Part shown: piece by piece, positions 32,290-42,316 of the stretch
Layout of the letters: each line of letters opens with the position of its first letter
Numbering within the stretch: the stretch's first letter is position 1
Assembly (NCBI GenBank): GCA_023137315.1
Contig: JAGLPP010000019.1
Span: 4,949-68,948, forward strand
Length of the DNA: 64,000 nucleotides
Reading direction: 5' to 3'
DNA from: Bacteriovoracaceae bacterium
GTDB lineage: Bacteria > Bdellovibrionota > Bacteriovoracia > Bacteriovoracales > Bacteriovoracaceae
Position numbers and translations under genes: made by a program
Notes under the pieces: generated by a model
Seen by the model: the letters and a program-made list of their open reading frames with translations, nothing else
What the model was told of the DNA's origin: nothing
Database searches by the model: none

Positions 32290-32420
32290 GATATAAACAT
32301 ATACTTGTGTAATTCCAGCAAATTGGGTTTTTATTGTCGTTATTTACTTAAGTAATCAATTAAATCGCCGAAAAGACAAGTGAAGAGGTTTGTTAGATAT
32401 CTAACGAGAGGTCTGAATAC

Positions 32421-34337
32421 ATGAAAAGATTACAGAACAGGATTTATTGTGCAGTTATTTGTGTTTCTGTTTTTGCCGTATTGGCAGCGTGGGCCAAAAC
32501 TCCAGGGGTGGATCGTCCACAAAAAGCAGGAGTTGTTGTTGATGAGGAAACTGGTGTTTCGGCTGGAGAACCCCTCGTGCTCAGTAAGGATGATTGTTCG
32601 CAATCCAAAGACTATCTTTCACTCAGTTATCTCAGGGCACTGATGCTTGATCCATCAGAATTTGCCGTTATCGCCGACAGAAAGAGATCAAAAATAAAAA
32701 TGAGTGTTACGGTTCCTGATCACATCAAACACTGTGTGAATTTAAAATTTGAAATACGACCTGTTCCAAAACATAAGGGTAAGTTTTATATGATGGTGAA
32801 AAACACCTATTTTGAAATGAATCCTAAAAAAGTTGAAGAATATTTTGATGGAGATGAGTACGAAAAATTCACCCAGGATCAGCGTCTTACACGTTGTCTT
32901 GAAAAAAGCGGCATCTATGATTCTGCTAAACACAGATTGAATCCGCAGGTTAGTGATTATCAGACAAGTAATGATACCTTCCTGACTAATTATACAGCAC
33001 TTGGAAAAGACAGGGATGCACATATGTATTTTTTATCTCCAACGGCCAGTGATCGGTTCGGGGATACTGTGACAAGTATTAAAAGCAAGGATAAATGTTT
33101 TAGGTTTGATAATTTTGTAAAAAAAGGTTCCTATGAGCTTATTGATAGAAAGATAGAGGAACTCAAAAGTGACTTTGAAAATTGCGATGGTTCACCGGAG
33201 TGCAGCAAGGAAAACTATGAAAAAATAATGGGAATAATAGATGATGCGGGTAATTTTGCAACTCTAAGCAAGGCGACAAAAAAATTGTTGGAGGACAAGC
33301 TGGATCATTATGGGAAAAAAATTGCCAAATACGATGAAGGGAAGGCCAATGAATATTATGATGAATTGGAATCTCGGGCGAAGCAAATCAAGGATTCTGA
33401 AGATGAGGATGTTATTGATGATCTTGGAGATGAATATGTTGAAATTCTTTACAAGCTTCAGACTGAGATGATTGATCCTGCGATTGAGGAGTTAAAAGAG
33501 AAATATGAACTTCGTGCAAAGACAAAAAACAAGGAAAAGAAAAATGCCTTGGATAAAAGGATCAAGGCATTAAATAAAATTATTGGTAAATTGGATACTA
33601 AAAAGTCTTTGAAGGTGAATCCAGTATTAAGAAAATTTGAAAAATACGGAATGTCTGACAAGGCACATGAATTGGCGTTGGCGAGACTGACATCACATGA
33701 GTTTTCCAATGTGAAACACAAGGGAGATAAAAAACAGAAACCAAAGATGGCGCAAAAAAAGATTGATAGGCAGGTAAAACAATATAAAAAAAATCTGAAA
33801 CTGGCTGAACAGGTGGCAAGTGCAAAAAGTGGTGATGTAAAATATGCCAAGGGTTTTGCCAGGGAATTAAAAGTGTTGAGAAAGGCTAAAATTAACCAGT
33901 GGAAAAGATTTAATGAAAAAGAGAAGAAACTCGCCAAGAATTGTCAACCCAAGTATTATGTTATGGGAGGGGCGAGTAATCCGGTTAGATGTAGAATGTA
34001 TCATGAAGGAAAAGCAAAACGTTTCAGGCGTGCTAAAGCCATGCTTGGAAAATATGATCTAAGGATAGAAAAACAAGAGCTGAAGGTTGATAGTTTTCTG
34101 ACTTACGAGGCGGAAGGAAGAATAAAAAAGAGAAAGGATAGTGGTCTTTGGGATCTGGATATTGATGATCCAGTTTTAGAATTCAGACTTCTGCAGGATG
34201 ATACGCTGGACTACTGGTCTGATGATTTGTTGGCAGGCGACGATGATGACTATCTGTTTTATCGTCATAACGAATATTCTAATCCTCGTTTTGGTGTCGG
34301 TGTGCCAGGCGGTGTTTCACGCGGTCGTGGTTTTTAA
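32421..34337 (+). CDS. hypothetical secreted Lys-rich coiled-coil protein
   Basis: 638 aa. Signal peptide (IYCAVICVSVFAVLAAWA), an N-terminal Cys-containing region of about 260 aa, a central Lys/Glu-rich helical region of about 250 aa, and an acidic/Gly-rich tail ending GVGVPGGVSRGRGF. Confidence 0.55.
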   Translation: MKRLQNRIYCAVICVSVFAVLAAWAKTPGVDRPQKAGVVVDEETGVSAGEPLVLSKDDCSQSKDYLSLSYLRALMLDPSEFAVIADRKRSKIKMSVTVPDHIKHCVNLKFEIRPVPKHKGKFYMMVKNTYFEMNPKKVEEYFDGDEYEKFTQDQRLTRCLEKSGIYDSAKHRLNPQVSDYQTSNDTFLTNYTALGKDRDAHMYFLSPTASDRFGDTVTSIKSKDKCFRFDNFVKKGSYELIDRKIEELKSDFENCDGSPECSKENYEKIMGIIDDAGNFATLSKATKKLLEDKLDHYGKKIAKYDEGKANEYYDELESRAKQIKDSEDEDVIDDLGDEYVEILYKLQTEMIDPAIEELKEKYELRAKTKNKEKKNALDKRIKALNKIIGKLDTKKSLKVNPVLRKFEKYGMSDKAHELALARLTSHEFSNVKHKGDKKQKPKMAQKKIDRQVKQYKKNLKLAEQVASAKSGDVKYAKGFARELKVLRKAKINQWKRFNEKEKKLAKNCQPKYYVMGGASNPVRCRMYHEGKAKRFRRAKAMLGKYDLRIEKQELKVDSFLTYEAEGRIKKRKDSGLWDLDIDDPVLEFRLLQDDTLDYWSDDLLAGDDDDYLFYRHNEYSNPRFGVGVPGGVSRGRGF

Positions 34338-34344
34338 AAGAAAA

Positions 34345-35820
34345 TTAAAATTCCATGGCAGCGTTTAGCTGTCCAACAAACGAGTTGTCAGCATTATTGG
34401 TTACTCCACTTGAGTTGGTAAATGCATAGTAATTACCGACGAAGTGATAGCCCATTGAAGCACCAAGTTTGACCTCATTGTTCCATTGATAATCAATTCC
34501 AAGATCAATTTCATGGCCGAGATCAGTGCTTTGATCTGTATTGGCATCAAAGATTTTATTATTAGTGTGGTTGTAGGCACTCTGACCATTTTTGGCGGCT
34601 TCCAGTGCAGTTGCATAGATTAAAGCTCCGCTGAATAACCATTTATGATAAGAAAATTCGCCAAATAGTTTTGCGTAGCGGGCGTTTGTAACATAGGAAT
34701 CATAAATGTTTAAATTGTCAGGATCTGATACGGCCCTCATGTTATAACGAAACATGAGATTGGCAATTTGATAATTTGGATTAAGAAACATGGCCTCAAA
34801 ACTTGAACCACTACCGCTGTCACCATCTACATGGCCCAGATTTACGCCGACTTTCCACGATTCGTTGACCTGATATGAGGATTCAAAAATAATTGCCTTT
34901 GCCTTGTATTTGGTGCTTTTTGTGTTTTGGTAGATGTCGCCGATTTCACCGCTGATAAGTGGAAATTCAAAGGCGATGTTTATAGGGCCAAAAGCTTTTC
35001 TCAGATAAAGATCAACCAGTTTAATGTCAGTTCTACCAAAGCTGTACGCCGTTCCTGTATTGTTTATGTCTGTCTTAATGCTCTGGTTGTGAGCATCATT
35101 AATTTTCTTGTTATAGTGCAGGCCAAAGGAAAGATCTTTTTCCGTATTGTTGTAAAGTGCACTTAGCCCGTATTCCTTCACTTTTGTAGCCCTGGTGAGA
35201 CTGTTGGCGGAACTTATTTTTGCCCAGTACGGAGATAGCTGGAAATTACCAATTTTGAGCTTCATGGTTACGCCGTCTCGAGTAGAGGAATGGCGGTCCC
35301 AAAGTTGTTCTCCATTGTTCATTATTGCTCCGAGTCCCCAATGTTTGGAATGTCTTCCAATGATATATGTTGCAGTGTCGGAATATAAAATCATGTGAAG
35401 TTTGGTCAGGATCAACCCATTACTGGTATCTGTTGTGTTGTGAAGATACAATGCATTTCCAAAACTGTTTTCTTGTGACTGAATGGAGCTGTCTCCAAAT
35501 CGCCCTCCACGACCGTATCCAGTGGTAATTTCGCCAAAAAGACTCGTTGAGTCATTAATAATAAGAACCGGAGACAACTGGAACAGGTAACTTTGAAAAG
35601 ATGCATTTGCATGACCTCCATCAGCTAATCCAATCTCCTGTGATCCTTGGGAGGTACCTGAGTTATCAGTTGTACTTTTAATTTTTCGATAATTATCAAT
35701 AAGTGTTGTATCAATACCAAAATTTCCATTCCAATCAATAGGCAGGGCCCATGCCGACAAGGTTAATGCCAGTAGAAAAGTAATAAAAAAAGAATAACGA
35801 AGCGTCTTTAAGTAAATCAC
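34345..35820 (-). CDS. outer-membrane porin-like beta-barrel protein
   Basis: Signal peptide (YLKTLRYSFFITFLLALTLSAWA), beta-strand periodicity rich in Gly/Tyr/Asn throughout, and a C-terminus ...LNAAMEF. GTG at 35820 has AAGGGG 7 nt upstream; the raw ORF extends to 35892. Confidence 0.65.
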   Translation of the reverse strand: MIYLKTLRYSFFITFLLALTLSAWALPIDWNGNFGIDTTLIDNYRKIKSTTDNSGTSQGSQEIGLADGGHANASFQSYLFQLSPVLIINDSTSLFGEITTGYGRGGRFGDSSIQSQENSFGNALYLHNTTDTSNGLILTKLHMILYSDTATYIIGRHSKHWGLGAIMNNGEQLWDRHSSTRDGVTMKLKIGNFQLSPYWAKISSANSLTRATKVKEYGLSALYNNTEKDLSFGLHYNKKINDAHNQSIKTDINNTGTAYSFGRTDIKLVDLYLRKAFGPINIAFEFPLISGEIGDIYQNTKSTKYKAKAIIFESSYQVNESWKVGVNLGHVDGDSGSGSSFEAMFLNPNYQIANLMFRYNMRAVSDPDNLNIYDSYVTNARYAKLFGEFSYHKWLFSGALIYATALEAAKNGQSAYNHTNNKIFDANTDQSTDLGHEIDLGIDYQWNNEVKLGASMGYHFVGNYYAFTNSSGVTNNADNSFVGQLNAAMEF

Positions 35821-35942
35821 AAAATACCCCTTAAAATTACTGTGATAAAATATAAAAAATAATATACGATGCGGGTATGGACTGTCCACCAAACACAGTC
35901 TGTACCCACAGAGTATTCAAACCCGTATGGTTGTTTTGAGCG

Positions 35943-37898
35943 ATGCACAATAATGTTGTTAAAAAAATTTTCTTGATGACAATGGTAATTTTCCTGGTAG
36001 CAGGGATGGGGTTATTGTTATGGGCCGGATTTATTTTATCCGATGTTCCATTTTATCGACTTGAGAAGGTCCAAACAGACAATGTTTTTTATGAAAATTC
36101 TTCAAAAGAAAAATCTGTTTTAGAGGAAGGTTCGATCGTTTCAGTAGACGAAATAAAAAACTATTTCCTTTTTACAAATGCTGGAAACAGCTATAAGCGG
36201 TGGTTTAATGAAAAAATCAAGGAAGGTCATATTGAATATAGTGATAAAAACAGGAAATATCTATTAATAAACACCACACAGCATTTTAACGAACTACTGT
36301 TTAATGATTGTGAACTCAGGTTTTGTTATCAGCATAAAATTGCATTTGAAAAAATACCAAGTATTTTTTGGAAAGGATTGATTGGAATTGAGGATTACAG
36401 ATTCTTGAATCATTTTGGAGTGGATTTTAAATCCATCCTGAGGGCAATTGTAACAGACATTATTAAAATGAAGTTTGCCCAGGGGGCATCCACACTGACA
36501 CAGCAGCTGGTTAAAAATATTTTTTTAACCAGTAAAAAAACGATTGGCCGCAAGTTAAAGGAAATGCTTCTATCCGTGTACATTGAGTACAGACTTAAAA
36601 AAGATGACATTCTTGAAGCATACTTTAATGAGGTATACTGGGGAAGTCTTCAGGGGGTCCAAATAAAAGGTCTTCATGCCGCTTCAGTTTTTTATTTTGG
36701 TAAAAAACCTGACATGCTCATGTCATATGAAGCAGCTATTCTAATTTCCCTTCTAAAAGGACCTGGTTATTATCATCCAATACGTCATTTGGATCGTCTT
36801 ATTTCCAGGACAAAAGCGGTTTACAATCGTTTAATTGAACTAAATCTGTTTTCAAGAAAATATAGCAGGGTATGGACCGACAAGGATTGGAGTCGCTGGA
36901 GCAGGAATCTTGAACAAAAGAATTCTCTTCGTCCATACAATCCATTCAGTTATACAAATGAGTGGGAAAGTGACTTGTTGAGTTATTTTGAAAATTATTT
37001 AATTTACAAAAAAGCTGCATTTGTACTTTCATGGATAAGTGAAACATTTGGATACGAGGATATTGCAGTTAAAATTATTATGGGTAAACCATATAGTAAT
37101 ATCAAAGAAATGTCCTATTACTCCAAATTTGAAAGAAAAAAAGACGTGGCGATTAATCAAGAACGTCATCAGGTGGGAAGTATCCTGAAGCCGGTTATTT
37201 ACAGTATTTTTACCAGAAAAGGAAAAAAACTTTCTGATATTGTAAGTACGGAACCGATTGCTCTAGAGTTGAAATCCGGAAGATGGTCACCCAAAGAGGC
37301 ACATAAGAATTTGAAAAAGGAGGTGACTCTCTCCCACGCACTTATGAAATCATACAACAGACCGCTTATTCGTCTTGCAAATGAAATTGGGTTTGACATT
37401 ATTGAGAAAGAATTGGTGCGCTACATTCCGGATCTTAAATTACCGCTGGCAGAATATCCTTCGCAGATGTTGGGAGCTGTTGAACTTAGCTTGAAACAAA
37501 TATATCAATTGTACGCACTTTTTATAAGAGAGGAATGTCAAAGAGTTTTATTTTTGAAAGACTCTTACAGGACTTACGATTCGCCGCTTTTTCTATTATC
37601 GAATCCCGAACAAACAACAATAAGCAAAGTCGTGGAAAAAGAGATGGGGGGAATGCGTTTTTTTGGAAAAACAGGAACTTCAAACAATGGACATAATAAC
37701 TGGTTTGTCTTTTTTGACGGTTCAATTTTGGGTGTTATCTGGGTTGGTTATGATGGGGACAGGACCGGAAAAGGATTTACGTTATATGGCAGTACAACGG
37801 CATTTCAAATATACCAGCATTTTTTTCGTGATCGCGGAAGGCGTTTTAACGAGTTAACATGTGAGAATTACGTTGGAAGTTCTCGTGATTCTGATTGA
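35943..37898 (+). CDS. class A penicillin-binding protein (GT51 glycosyltransferase plus transpeptidase)
   Basis: GT51 motifs EDYRFLNHFGVD and GASTLTQQLVKN. Transpeptidase motifs SILKP (SxxK), SYN (SxN) and KTGTS (KTG). N-terminal TM anchor. Confidence 0.9.
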   Translation: MHNNVVKKIFLMTMVIFLVAGMGLLLWAGFILSDVPFYRLEKVQTDNVFYENSSKEKSVLEEGSIVSVDEIKNYFLFTNAGNSYKRWFNEKIKEGHIEYSDKNRKYLLINTTQHFNELLFNDCELRFCYQHKIAFEKIPSIFWKGLIGIEDYRFLNHFGVDFKSILRAIVTDIIKMKFAQGASTLTQQLVKNIFLTSKKTIGRKLKEMLLSVYIEYRLKKDDILEAYFNEVYWGSLQGVQIKGLHAASVFYFGKKPDMLMSYEAAILISLLKGPGYYHPIRHLDRLISRTKAVYNRLIELNLFSRKYSRVWTDKDWSRWSRNLEQKNSLRPYNPFSYTNEWESDLLSYFENYLIYKKAAFVLSWISETFGYEDIAVKIIMGKPYSNIKEMSYYSKFERKKDVAINQERHQVGSILKPVIYSIFTRKGKKLSDIVSTEPIALELKSGRWSPKEAHKNLKKEVTLSHALMKSYNRPLIRLANEIGFDIIEKELVRYIPDLKLPLAEYPSQMLGAVELSLKQIYQLYALFIREECQRVLFLKDSYRTYDSPLFLLSNPEQTTISKVVEKEMGGMRFFGKTGTSNNGHNNWFVFFDGSILGVIWVGYDGDRTGKGFTLYGSTTAFQIYQHFFRDRGRRFNELTCENYVGSSRDSD

Positions 37899-37908
37899 GC
37901 ATGATTAC

Positions 37909-37937
37909 TTGAAATAGCCGTTTTCAAATAGTATAGT
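37909..37937 (+). promoter_or_regulatory. putative sigma-70 promoter for prs-pth-ychF
   Basis: TTGAAA (37909-37914), a 17-nt spacer, and TATAGT (37932-37937), about 60 nt upstream of the prs start and just after the PBP stop codon. Confidence 0.4.
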
Positions 37938-37997
37938 CCGGACAATATCGTCAGGTGAGTAGTCCACCAGGCCACTTTTTATTTTGTGAGGTCATTA

Positions 37998-38942
37998 ATG
38001 AAAAGACTAGTTCTTGTTTCCGGTTCATCAAACCCTATCCTGTCTAAAAAAATTGCTGAATTTCTGGATGTTGCCGTGGTTGATCCAGGTCTTGTGAAAT
38101 TTGCAAATGGTGAAATCTGTTGTGAGATAGAGAAGAGTGTTCGTGGAGCTGATGTTTTTATTATTCAATCAACACAAACACCAGCCAATGATAATTTAAT
38201 GGAGCTTTTAATTCTTATTGATGCTCTTAAGCGAGCCTCCGCAGCTTCCATAACGGCTGTTATGCCACATTACGGTTATTCCCGGCAAGACAGAAAAGCA
38301 AGTCCAAGAAGTCCAATAACTGCAAAGTTGGTGGCAAACCTGATTTCTGCTGCAGGTGCCACGCGTGTTGTTACAATGGATCTTCATGCAGGACAGATTC
38401 AGGGATTTTTTGACATACCATTTGACAATATTTATGCATCACCTGTTTTGATTGAATATATGAGAAAGGAGATTTCTCTCGAGAATGCCATTTGCGTTTC
38501 ACCGGACAGTGGTGGAGTCGAAAGAGTTATGCATTACGCGAAGAAATTGGGTCTTGATATTGCGATGATTGACAAGCGCAGAACCGGCAGAAATATCGCC
38601 AAGGCTATGAATATTGTAGGTAATGTTGAAGGTAAAGAATGTATCTTGATTGATGATATGATTGATACTGCAGGTACACTTGTGGAGGCATGTCGTGCTC
38701 TCAAGAAAAATGGTGCGATAAAAATTTATGCTTGCGTAACTCACCCGGTTTTTTCTGATCCTGCAATTGACAGGATTGCAGAATGTGATGAATTGGATAG
38801 AATTATTATTACGGACACCATACCACTTCCCGAAAAAGGCAAGAAGGTGGATAAAATACATGTTGTTACTATTACAAAAGTTCTGGCAAAAGCTATTCAC
38901 AGGACGTACAACAACGACTCCGTCAGTTCATTGTTCCTCTAA
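37998..38942 (+). CDS. prs: ribose-phosphate pyrophosphokinase
   Basis: Conserved blocks VMPHYGYSRQDRK, HAGQIQGFF and DDMIDTAGT. ATG at 37998 is preferred to the GTG at 37986. Confidence 0.96.
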   Translation: MKRLVLVSGSSNPILSKKIAEFLDVAVVDPGLVKFANGEICCEIEKSVRGADVFIIQSTQTPANDNLMELLILIDALKRASAASITAVMPHYGYSRQDRKASPRSPITAKLVANLISAAGATRVVTMDLHAGQIQGFFDIPFDNIYASPVLIEYMRKEISLENAICVSPDSGGVERVMHYAKKLGLDIAMIDKRRTGRNIAKAMNIVGNVEGKECILIDDMIDTAGTLVEACRALKKNGAIKIYACVTHPVFSDPAIDRIAECDELDRIIITDTIPLPEKGKKVDKIHVVTITKVLAKAIHRTYNNDSVSSLFL

Positions 38943-38955
38943 TGAAGAGGAGCCC

Positions 38956-39543
38956 GTGGTGAGCAAACTAATCGTTGCTCTTGGTAATCCCGGAAAAGAA
39001 TATGAGTCGACCAGACACAATATTGCGTGGACTGCCATGGAACATTTGTCCTTTTCATCGAATTTTAACTGGATGAAAAAATTCAAAGGATATTATTCCC
39101 ACAGTACTATTTCCGGAACAAAATATTTCTTTCTTAAACCACAAACATACATGAATTTAAGTGGAGAGAGCGTTTGCAAATTGGCAAACTTTTTTAAGAT
39201 TGAATTAGAGGACATTTTGGTTCTTCATGATGAGATGGATCTTGAATTTGGTACAATTGCATTCAAGCAAGGTGGTGGTCTGGCCGGTCACAACGGTCTC
39301 AGGTCCATTGCAGACCGAATGGGGGGAAGGGACTTCAAAAGGCTAAGACTTGGAATTGGCAGACCTGTTCACGGTTCTGATAGTAATTGGGTTCTTTCGC
39401 CTTTTGGACCTGATGAGAGGATTCATTTGGACATATATCTTGATACAATAGTTGAAGCAATTGAAACATACATGAAAAGAGGGTTTTCTTTTGCAGCATC
39501 AAATTTTAGTCGTAAAAGCATCCTGCCCGAGAAGGGTGTGTGA
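38956..39543 (+). CDS. pth: peptidyl-tRNA hydrolase
   Basis: LIVALGNPGKEYESTRHNIAW and HDEMDL motifs. GTG at 38956 follows GAGGAG. The raw ORF extension back to 38767 lies inside prs in another frame. Confidence 0.93.
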   Translation: MVSKLIVALGNPGKEYESTRHNIAWTAMEHLSFSSNFNWMKKFKGYYSHSTISGTKYFFLKPQTYMNLSGESVCKLANFFKIELEDILVLHDEMDLEFGTIAFKQGGGLAGHNGLRSIADRMGGRDFKRLRLGIGRPVHGSDSNWVLSPFGPDERIHLDIYLDTIVEAIETYMKRGFSFAASNFSRKSILPEKGV

Positions 39544-40650
39544 ATGGGGATTAATTGTGGAATTGTCGGTCTTCCAAATGTGGGAAAATCGACTATATTT
39601 ACAGCTTTAACCGCCAACAGAGTGGGGATTGAGAATTATCCCTTTTGTACAATCGATCCAAATTTTGGCAAAATTTCTGTTTTGGATGAGAGACTGTATA
39701 GAATAGCAGAACTTACAAAATCCCCAGGAACTGTTCCAAATATTATTGAATTTGTGGATATTGCAGGTCTGGTAAAGGGCGCATCCAGAGGGGAAGGTCT
39801 TGGAAATCAGTTTTTGGGACATATTCGTCAGGTTGATGCCATTGTTCATGTAGTACGTTGTTTCGAGAATGAAAATGTTGCGCATGTTAATTCGGAGAAT
39901 ATAGATCCTGTGCATGATATTGATACTGTCGAAATGGAATTAATTCTTGCCGATCTGGAAGTTGTGGAAAAACGTGTTGAAAATATTCAAAAATATTTAA
40001 AGTCCAGTGATAAAGAACTTGTTAAAAGAACCAGGAGAAGTATTCCAGTTCTCGAAAGAATAAAACGGGATTTGAATGACGAAAAACCGCTGAGACTTGT
40101 AGATTTGTCGATGGACGAAATTGAAACAATCCGTGATTTGAATCTTTTGACCATCAAACCTGTTTTATATGTATGTAACGCTGATGGAAATTCTTCAGAG
40201 AATCACAATATGCAAAAGGTTCTTAAAAGGGCCAACGCAGAACGGGCACAGACAATCATCATTGACGGAAAATTGGAATCTGAAATATCGCTTTTACCGA
40301 GTGTGGAGGAAAAAAAGGAATTTGTTGAGATGATGGGGTATGAAGAATCAGGGTTAAGTTGTCTTGTAAAGGCATCTTACAAGTTGTTGAATCTTATTAC
40401 CTATTTTACCACAAATGAACGTGAAACCAGGGCCTGGACTCTTTCCATGGGCCGAACTGTCTATGAGGCAGCAGGGCAAATACATACCGATTTTCAAAGG
40501 GGTTTTATCAGGGCCGAGGTGATATCATCAGCAGATTTTTTCAAATACGGAGATGAATTGAAGGTTCGGGATGCTGGAAAGCTTCGAGTGGAAGGAAGAG
40601 ACTATTTGGTTCAAGACGGTGATATTATTTATATAAGATTCAACGTTTGA
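39544..40650 (+). CDS. ychF: ribosome-binding ATPase YchF
   Basis: 368 aa. G1 motif GIVGLPNVGKST, a DIAGLVKGAS block, and a C-terminal TGS-like domain (AWT...G.T...AAG.IH.DF..GFIRAEV). Confidence 0.96.
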   Translation: MGINCGIVGLPNVGKSTIFTALTANRVGIENYPFCTIDPNFGKISVLDERLYRIAELTKSPGTVPNIIEFVDIAGLVKGASRGEGLGNQFLGHIRQVDAIVHVVRCFENENVAHVNSENIDPVHDIDTVEMELILADLEVVEKRVENIQKYLKSSDKELVKRTRRSIPVLERIKRDLNDEKPLRLVDLSMDEIETIRDLNLLTIKPVLYVCNADGNSSENHNMQKVLKRANAERAQTIIIDGKLESEISLLPSVEEKKEFVEMMGYEESGLSCLVKASYKLLNLITYFTTNERETRAWTLSMGRTVYEAAGQIHTDFQRGFIRAEVISSADFFKYGDELKVRDAGKLRVEGRDYLVQDGDIIYIRFNV

Positions 40651-40682
40651 TTTCTGATCTTTCTCAGGGGTATTATTAATAT

Positions 40683-41666
40683 ATGATTAAAAAGCTTGTC
40701 GGTTTTATGTTGGTTTTTTTGCTGTGTGTTACGGGGTCGGTTTGTGCACAGACAGTGATTGATGAATTTGAGGATTCATCAACGGATACCTTGGATATTT
40801 CTTCACTTCTTACGGAGAAAGTTAACAAGGTGTCAGCTTCAGGAAGAATTTTTATTCTTACAAATAACAGTGGTATCTTGATAAAAGGTGATTTCATATC
40901 ATTGGTAATCAATAACGAACTTGTTTTAAGGGCACTCGTTGCCAAAATTACAAGCGGCCGGGCAGGAATAAAACTTGTTAAAATTTATAATCCCCAAATT
41001 TTAAAGAAACTTCACGCAGGTGCCGTTGTTCAGATAATCAGGGGGGATGATAGCTTTTTCAGGAAACCAAAAGAGGATGATTCGTTAACTGAAAAAATAA
41101 AATCAGAAGAGGATCTCTTCGATGAAAAAACATTATTGGATGAGGACTTAACCATTGAAGAGGGTAAAAACAGGATAATCAAGCAGGATAATATCGCTAG
41201 TCTTATGTACGGTATGGTTGAAGGACTCAATAATGATGGTGCTACGCAAATGTACAGTCAATTTATGGGACAGTTTGCCTATCAATTTTCTGATAATATC
41301 TGGGCCGAAGCTGGTTACGGATACAGCATCATTCATGATTTTCCCTCACTTGGACTTGATACAAAACTTTCCAATATTATTTTACGAATGAAATATACTT
41401 TTTCCGCTCCCTTTCACTCATGTCTACAACCATATGTTGGATACCAAGTTATTGAAGCAGATAGTCCCGGTGCAGGAATAAGGGATCCAGGAGACACCAA
41501 TACGCCGGATACTCAACTTCAGCGTGAAGTGGATCTTGTTGAAAATACAAAATCTCAATCGTTGATATTTGGAATCACTTTATTAAAGCGATTGGTTCCA
41601 GGATGGTTTTTGAAGGTTGATCTGGGATCGGATATTTTAAGTGCGGGTATGAGTCTTGAATTTTAA
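40683..41666 (+). CDS. outer-membrane protein: N-terminal soluble domain plus C-terminal beta-barrel
   Basis: Signal peptide (LVGFMLVFLLCVTGSVCA), a small beta domain (GRIFILTNNSGILIKGDFISLV...), an acidic linker, then a barrel-like region rich in Tyr/Gly ending ...SAGMSLEF. Confidence 0.55.
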   Translation: MIKKLVGFMLVFLLCVTGSVCAQTVIDEFEDSSTDTLDISSLLTEKVNKVSASGRIFILTNNSGILIKGDFISLVINNELVLRALVAKITSGRAGIKLVKIYNPQILKKLHAGAVVQIIRGDDSFFRKPKEDDSLTEKIKSEEDLFDEKTLLDEDLTIEEGKNRIIKQDNIASLMYGMVEGLNNDGATQMYSQFMGQFAYQFSDNIWAEAGYGYSIIHDFPSLGLDTKLSNIILRMKYTFSAPFHSCLQPYVGYQVIEADSPGAGIRDPGDTNTPDTQLQREVDLVENTKSQSLIFGITLLKRLVPGWFLKVDLGSDILSAGMSLEF

Positions 41667-41847
41667 ATATATAGTATTTTTTTTGTTGCCCGTTTTGTTT
41701 GTTGGTTGTGGTGTTAAATCCCCTCCGATTTGTCCGCCAAATACGGGAATTCCAGCTTATGAGGAAAAATTTAAAAAACCAATTATAAAACCATACAAGA
41801 ATATAAAGGAAGTGCCACAAAAAACGAAAAACAAAAAGGAAAAGTGA
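41656..41847 (+). CDS. small lipoprotein (YifL/LptM-like lipobox region)
   Basis: 63 aa. The lipobox LFVGC is followed by GVKSPP, resembling the GCG.KGPL start of YifL/LptM-type small lipoproteins. It overlaps the upstream gene by 11 nt. Confidence 0.5.
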   Translation: MNFKYIVFFLLPVLFVGCGVKSPPICPPNTGIPAYEEKFKKPIIKPYKNIKEVPQKTKNKKEK

Positions 41848-41851
41848 TTTT

Positions 41852-42316
41852 ATGTATTTGGTGGTTGGTACCGGATCCAATCTTAAGGATCGACTTGCAA
41901 ATCTTAATGAGGCCAGGGAAAGATTGAAAGAATATTTCGAACTGGTTGCCGAGAGCAGAATTTACTGTTCCAAAGCAGAGGATTATCTGGATCAACCATT
42001 TTTTTATAATCAGGTTCTCGAGTTCAAATTACCAGTGATGAGTCCACAAGATGTTATGCACATTCTGTTGGACATTGAGGATGAAATGGGTAGATTAAGA
42101 GAAATATCGAAGGGACCGAGAATTATTGATCTGGATATCTTATTTATGGGAGAAAATAGAATAAAACAGAAAATTGTGGAAATACCTCATCCAAGGCTTT
42201 TTGATCGCAGTTTTGTTGTTACACCATTAAAAGATCTTCCATGTTTCAGTGAGCTTTCGTCGCGCTATTCATTCAGGGAAAGTTTTGAAAATCCTGCAAC
42301 GCCTGTTGTTTGTTAG
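41852..42316 (+). CDS. folK: 2-amino-4-hydroxy-6-hydroxymethyldihydropteridine diphosphokinase (HPPK)
   Basis: 154 aa. GPRIIDLDILF and IPHPRLFDRSFVVTPL are HPPK signature blocks. Confidence 0.88.
   Translation: MYLVVGTGSNLKDRLANLNEARERLKEYFELVAESRIYCSKAEDYLDQPFFYNQVLEFKLPVMSPQDVMHILLDIEDEMGRLREISKGPRIIDLDILFMGENRIKQKIVEIPHPRLFDRSFVVTPLKDLPCFSELSSRYSFRESFENPATPVVC

Noticed and set aside
32392-32405. A perfect 14-bp palindrome GTTAGATATCTAAC, 16 nt upstream of the start of the Lys-rich secreted protein, considered as a possible operator.
   Set aside because: Several perfect 14-bp palindromes are expected by chance in 64 kb of AT-rich DNA, at roughly 64000 x 4^-7 or more. There is no second copy in the window and no adjacent regulator. 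It is recorded only as a candidate site.
35895-35911. Overlapping ACAG-T-CTGT-ACCC-ACAG half-site palindromes in the divergent porin/PBP promoter region.
   Set aside because: The half-sites are only 4 bp long and lack statistical support or a recognisable regulator motif. A plausible sigma-70 promoter for the porin (TGGACA-16 nt-TATATT on the minus strand) already accounts for the region.
37938-37997. A GGTG-AGTAGTC-CACC hairpin followed by a T-rich run in the prs leader, considered as an attenuator or riboswitch.
   Set aside because: The stem is only 4 bp, the T-run is separated from it by 7 nt, and I recognise no known riboswitch motif.
38767-38955. An upstream extension of the pth ORF, which runs 176 nt into prs in another frame. 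Similar artefactual extensions occur for recR (62707), murU (49586), the lipoprotein at 47796, and 52128.
   Set aside because: The extensions have no homology and overlap the preceding conserved gene. Internal starts with ribosome-binding sites match the conserved N-termini or signal peptides.
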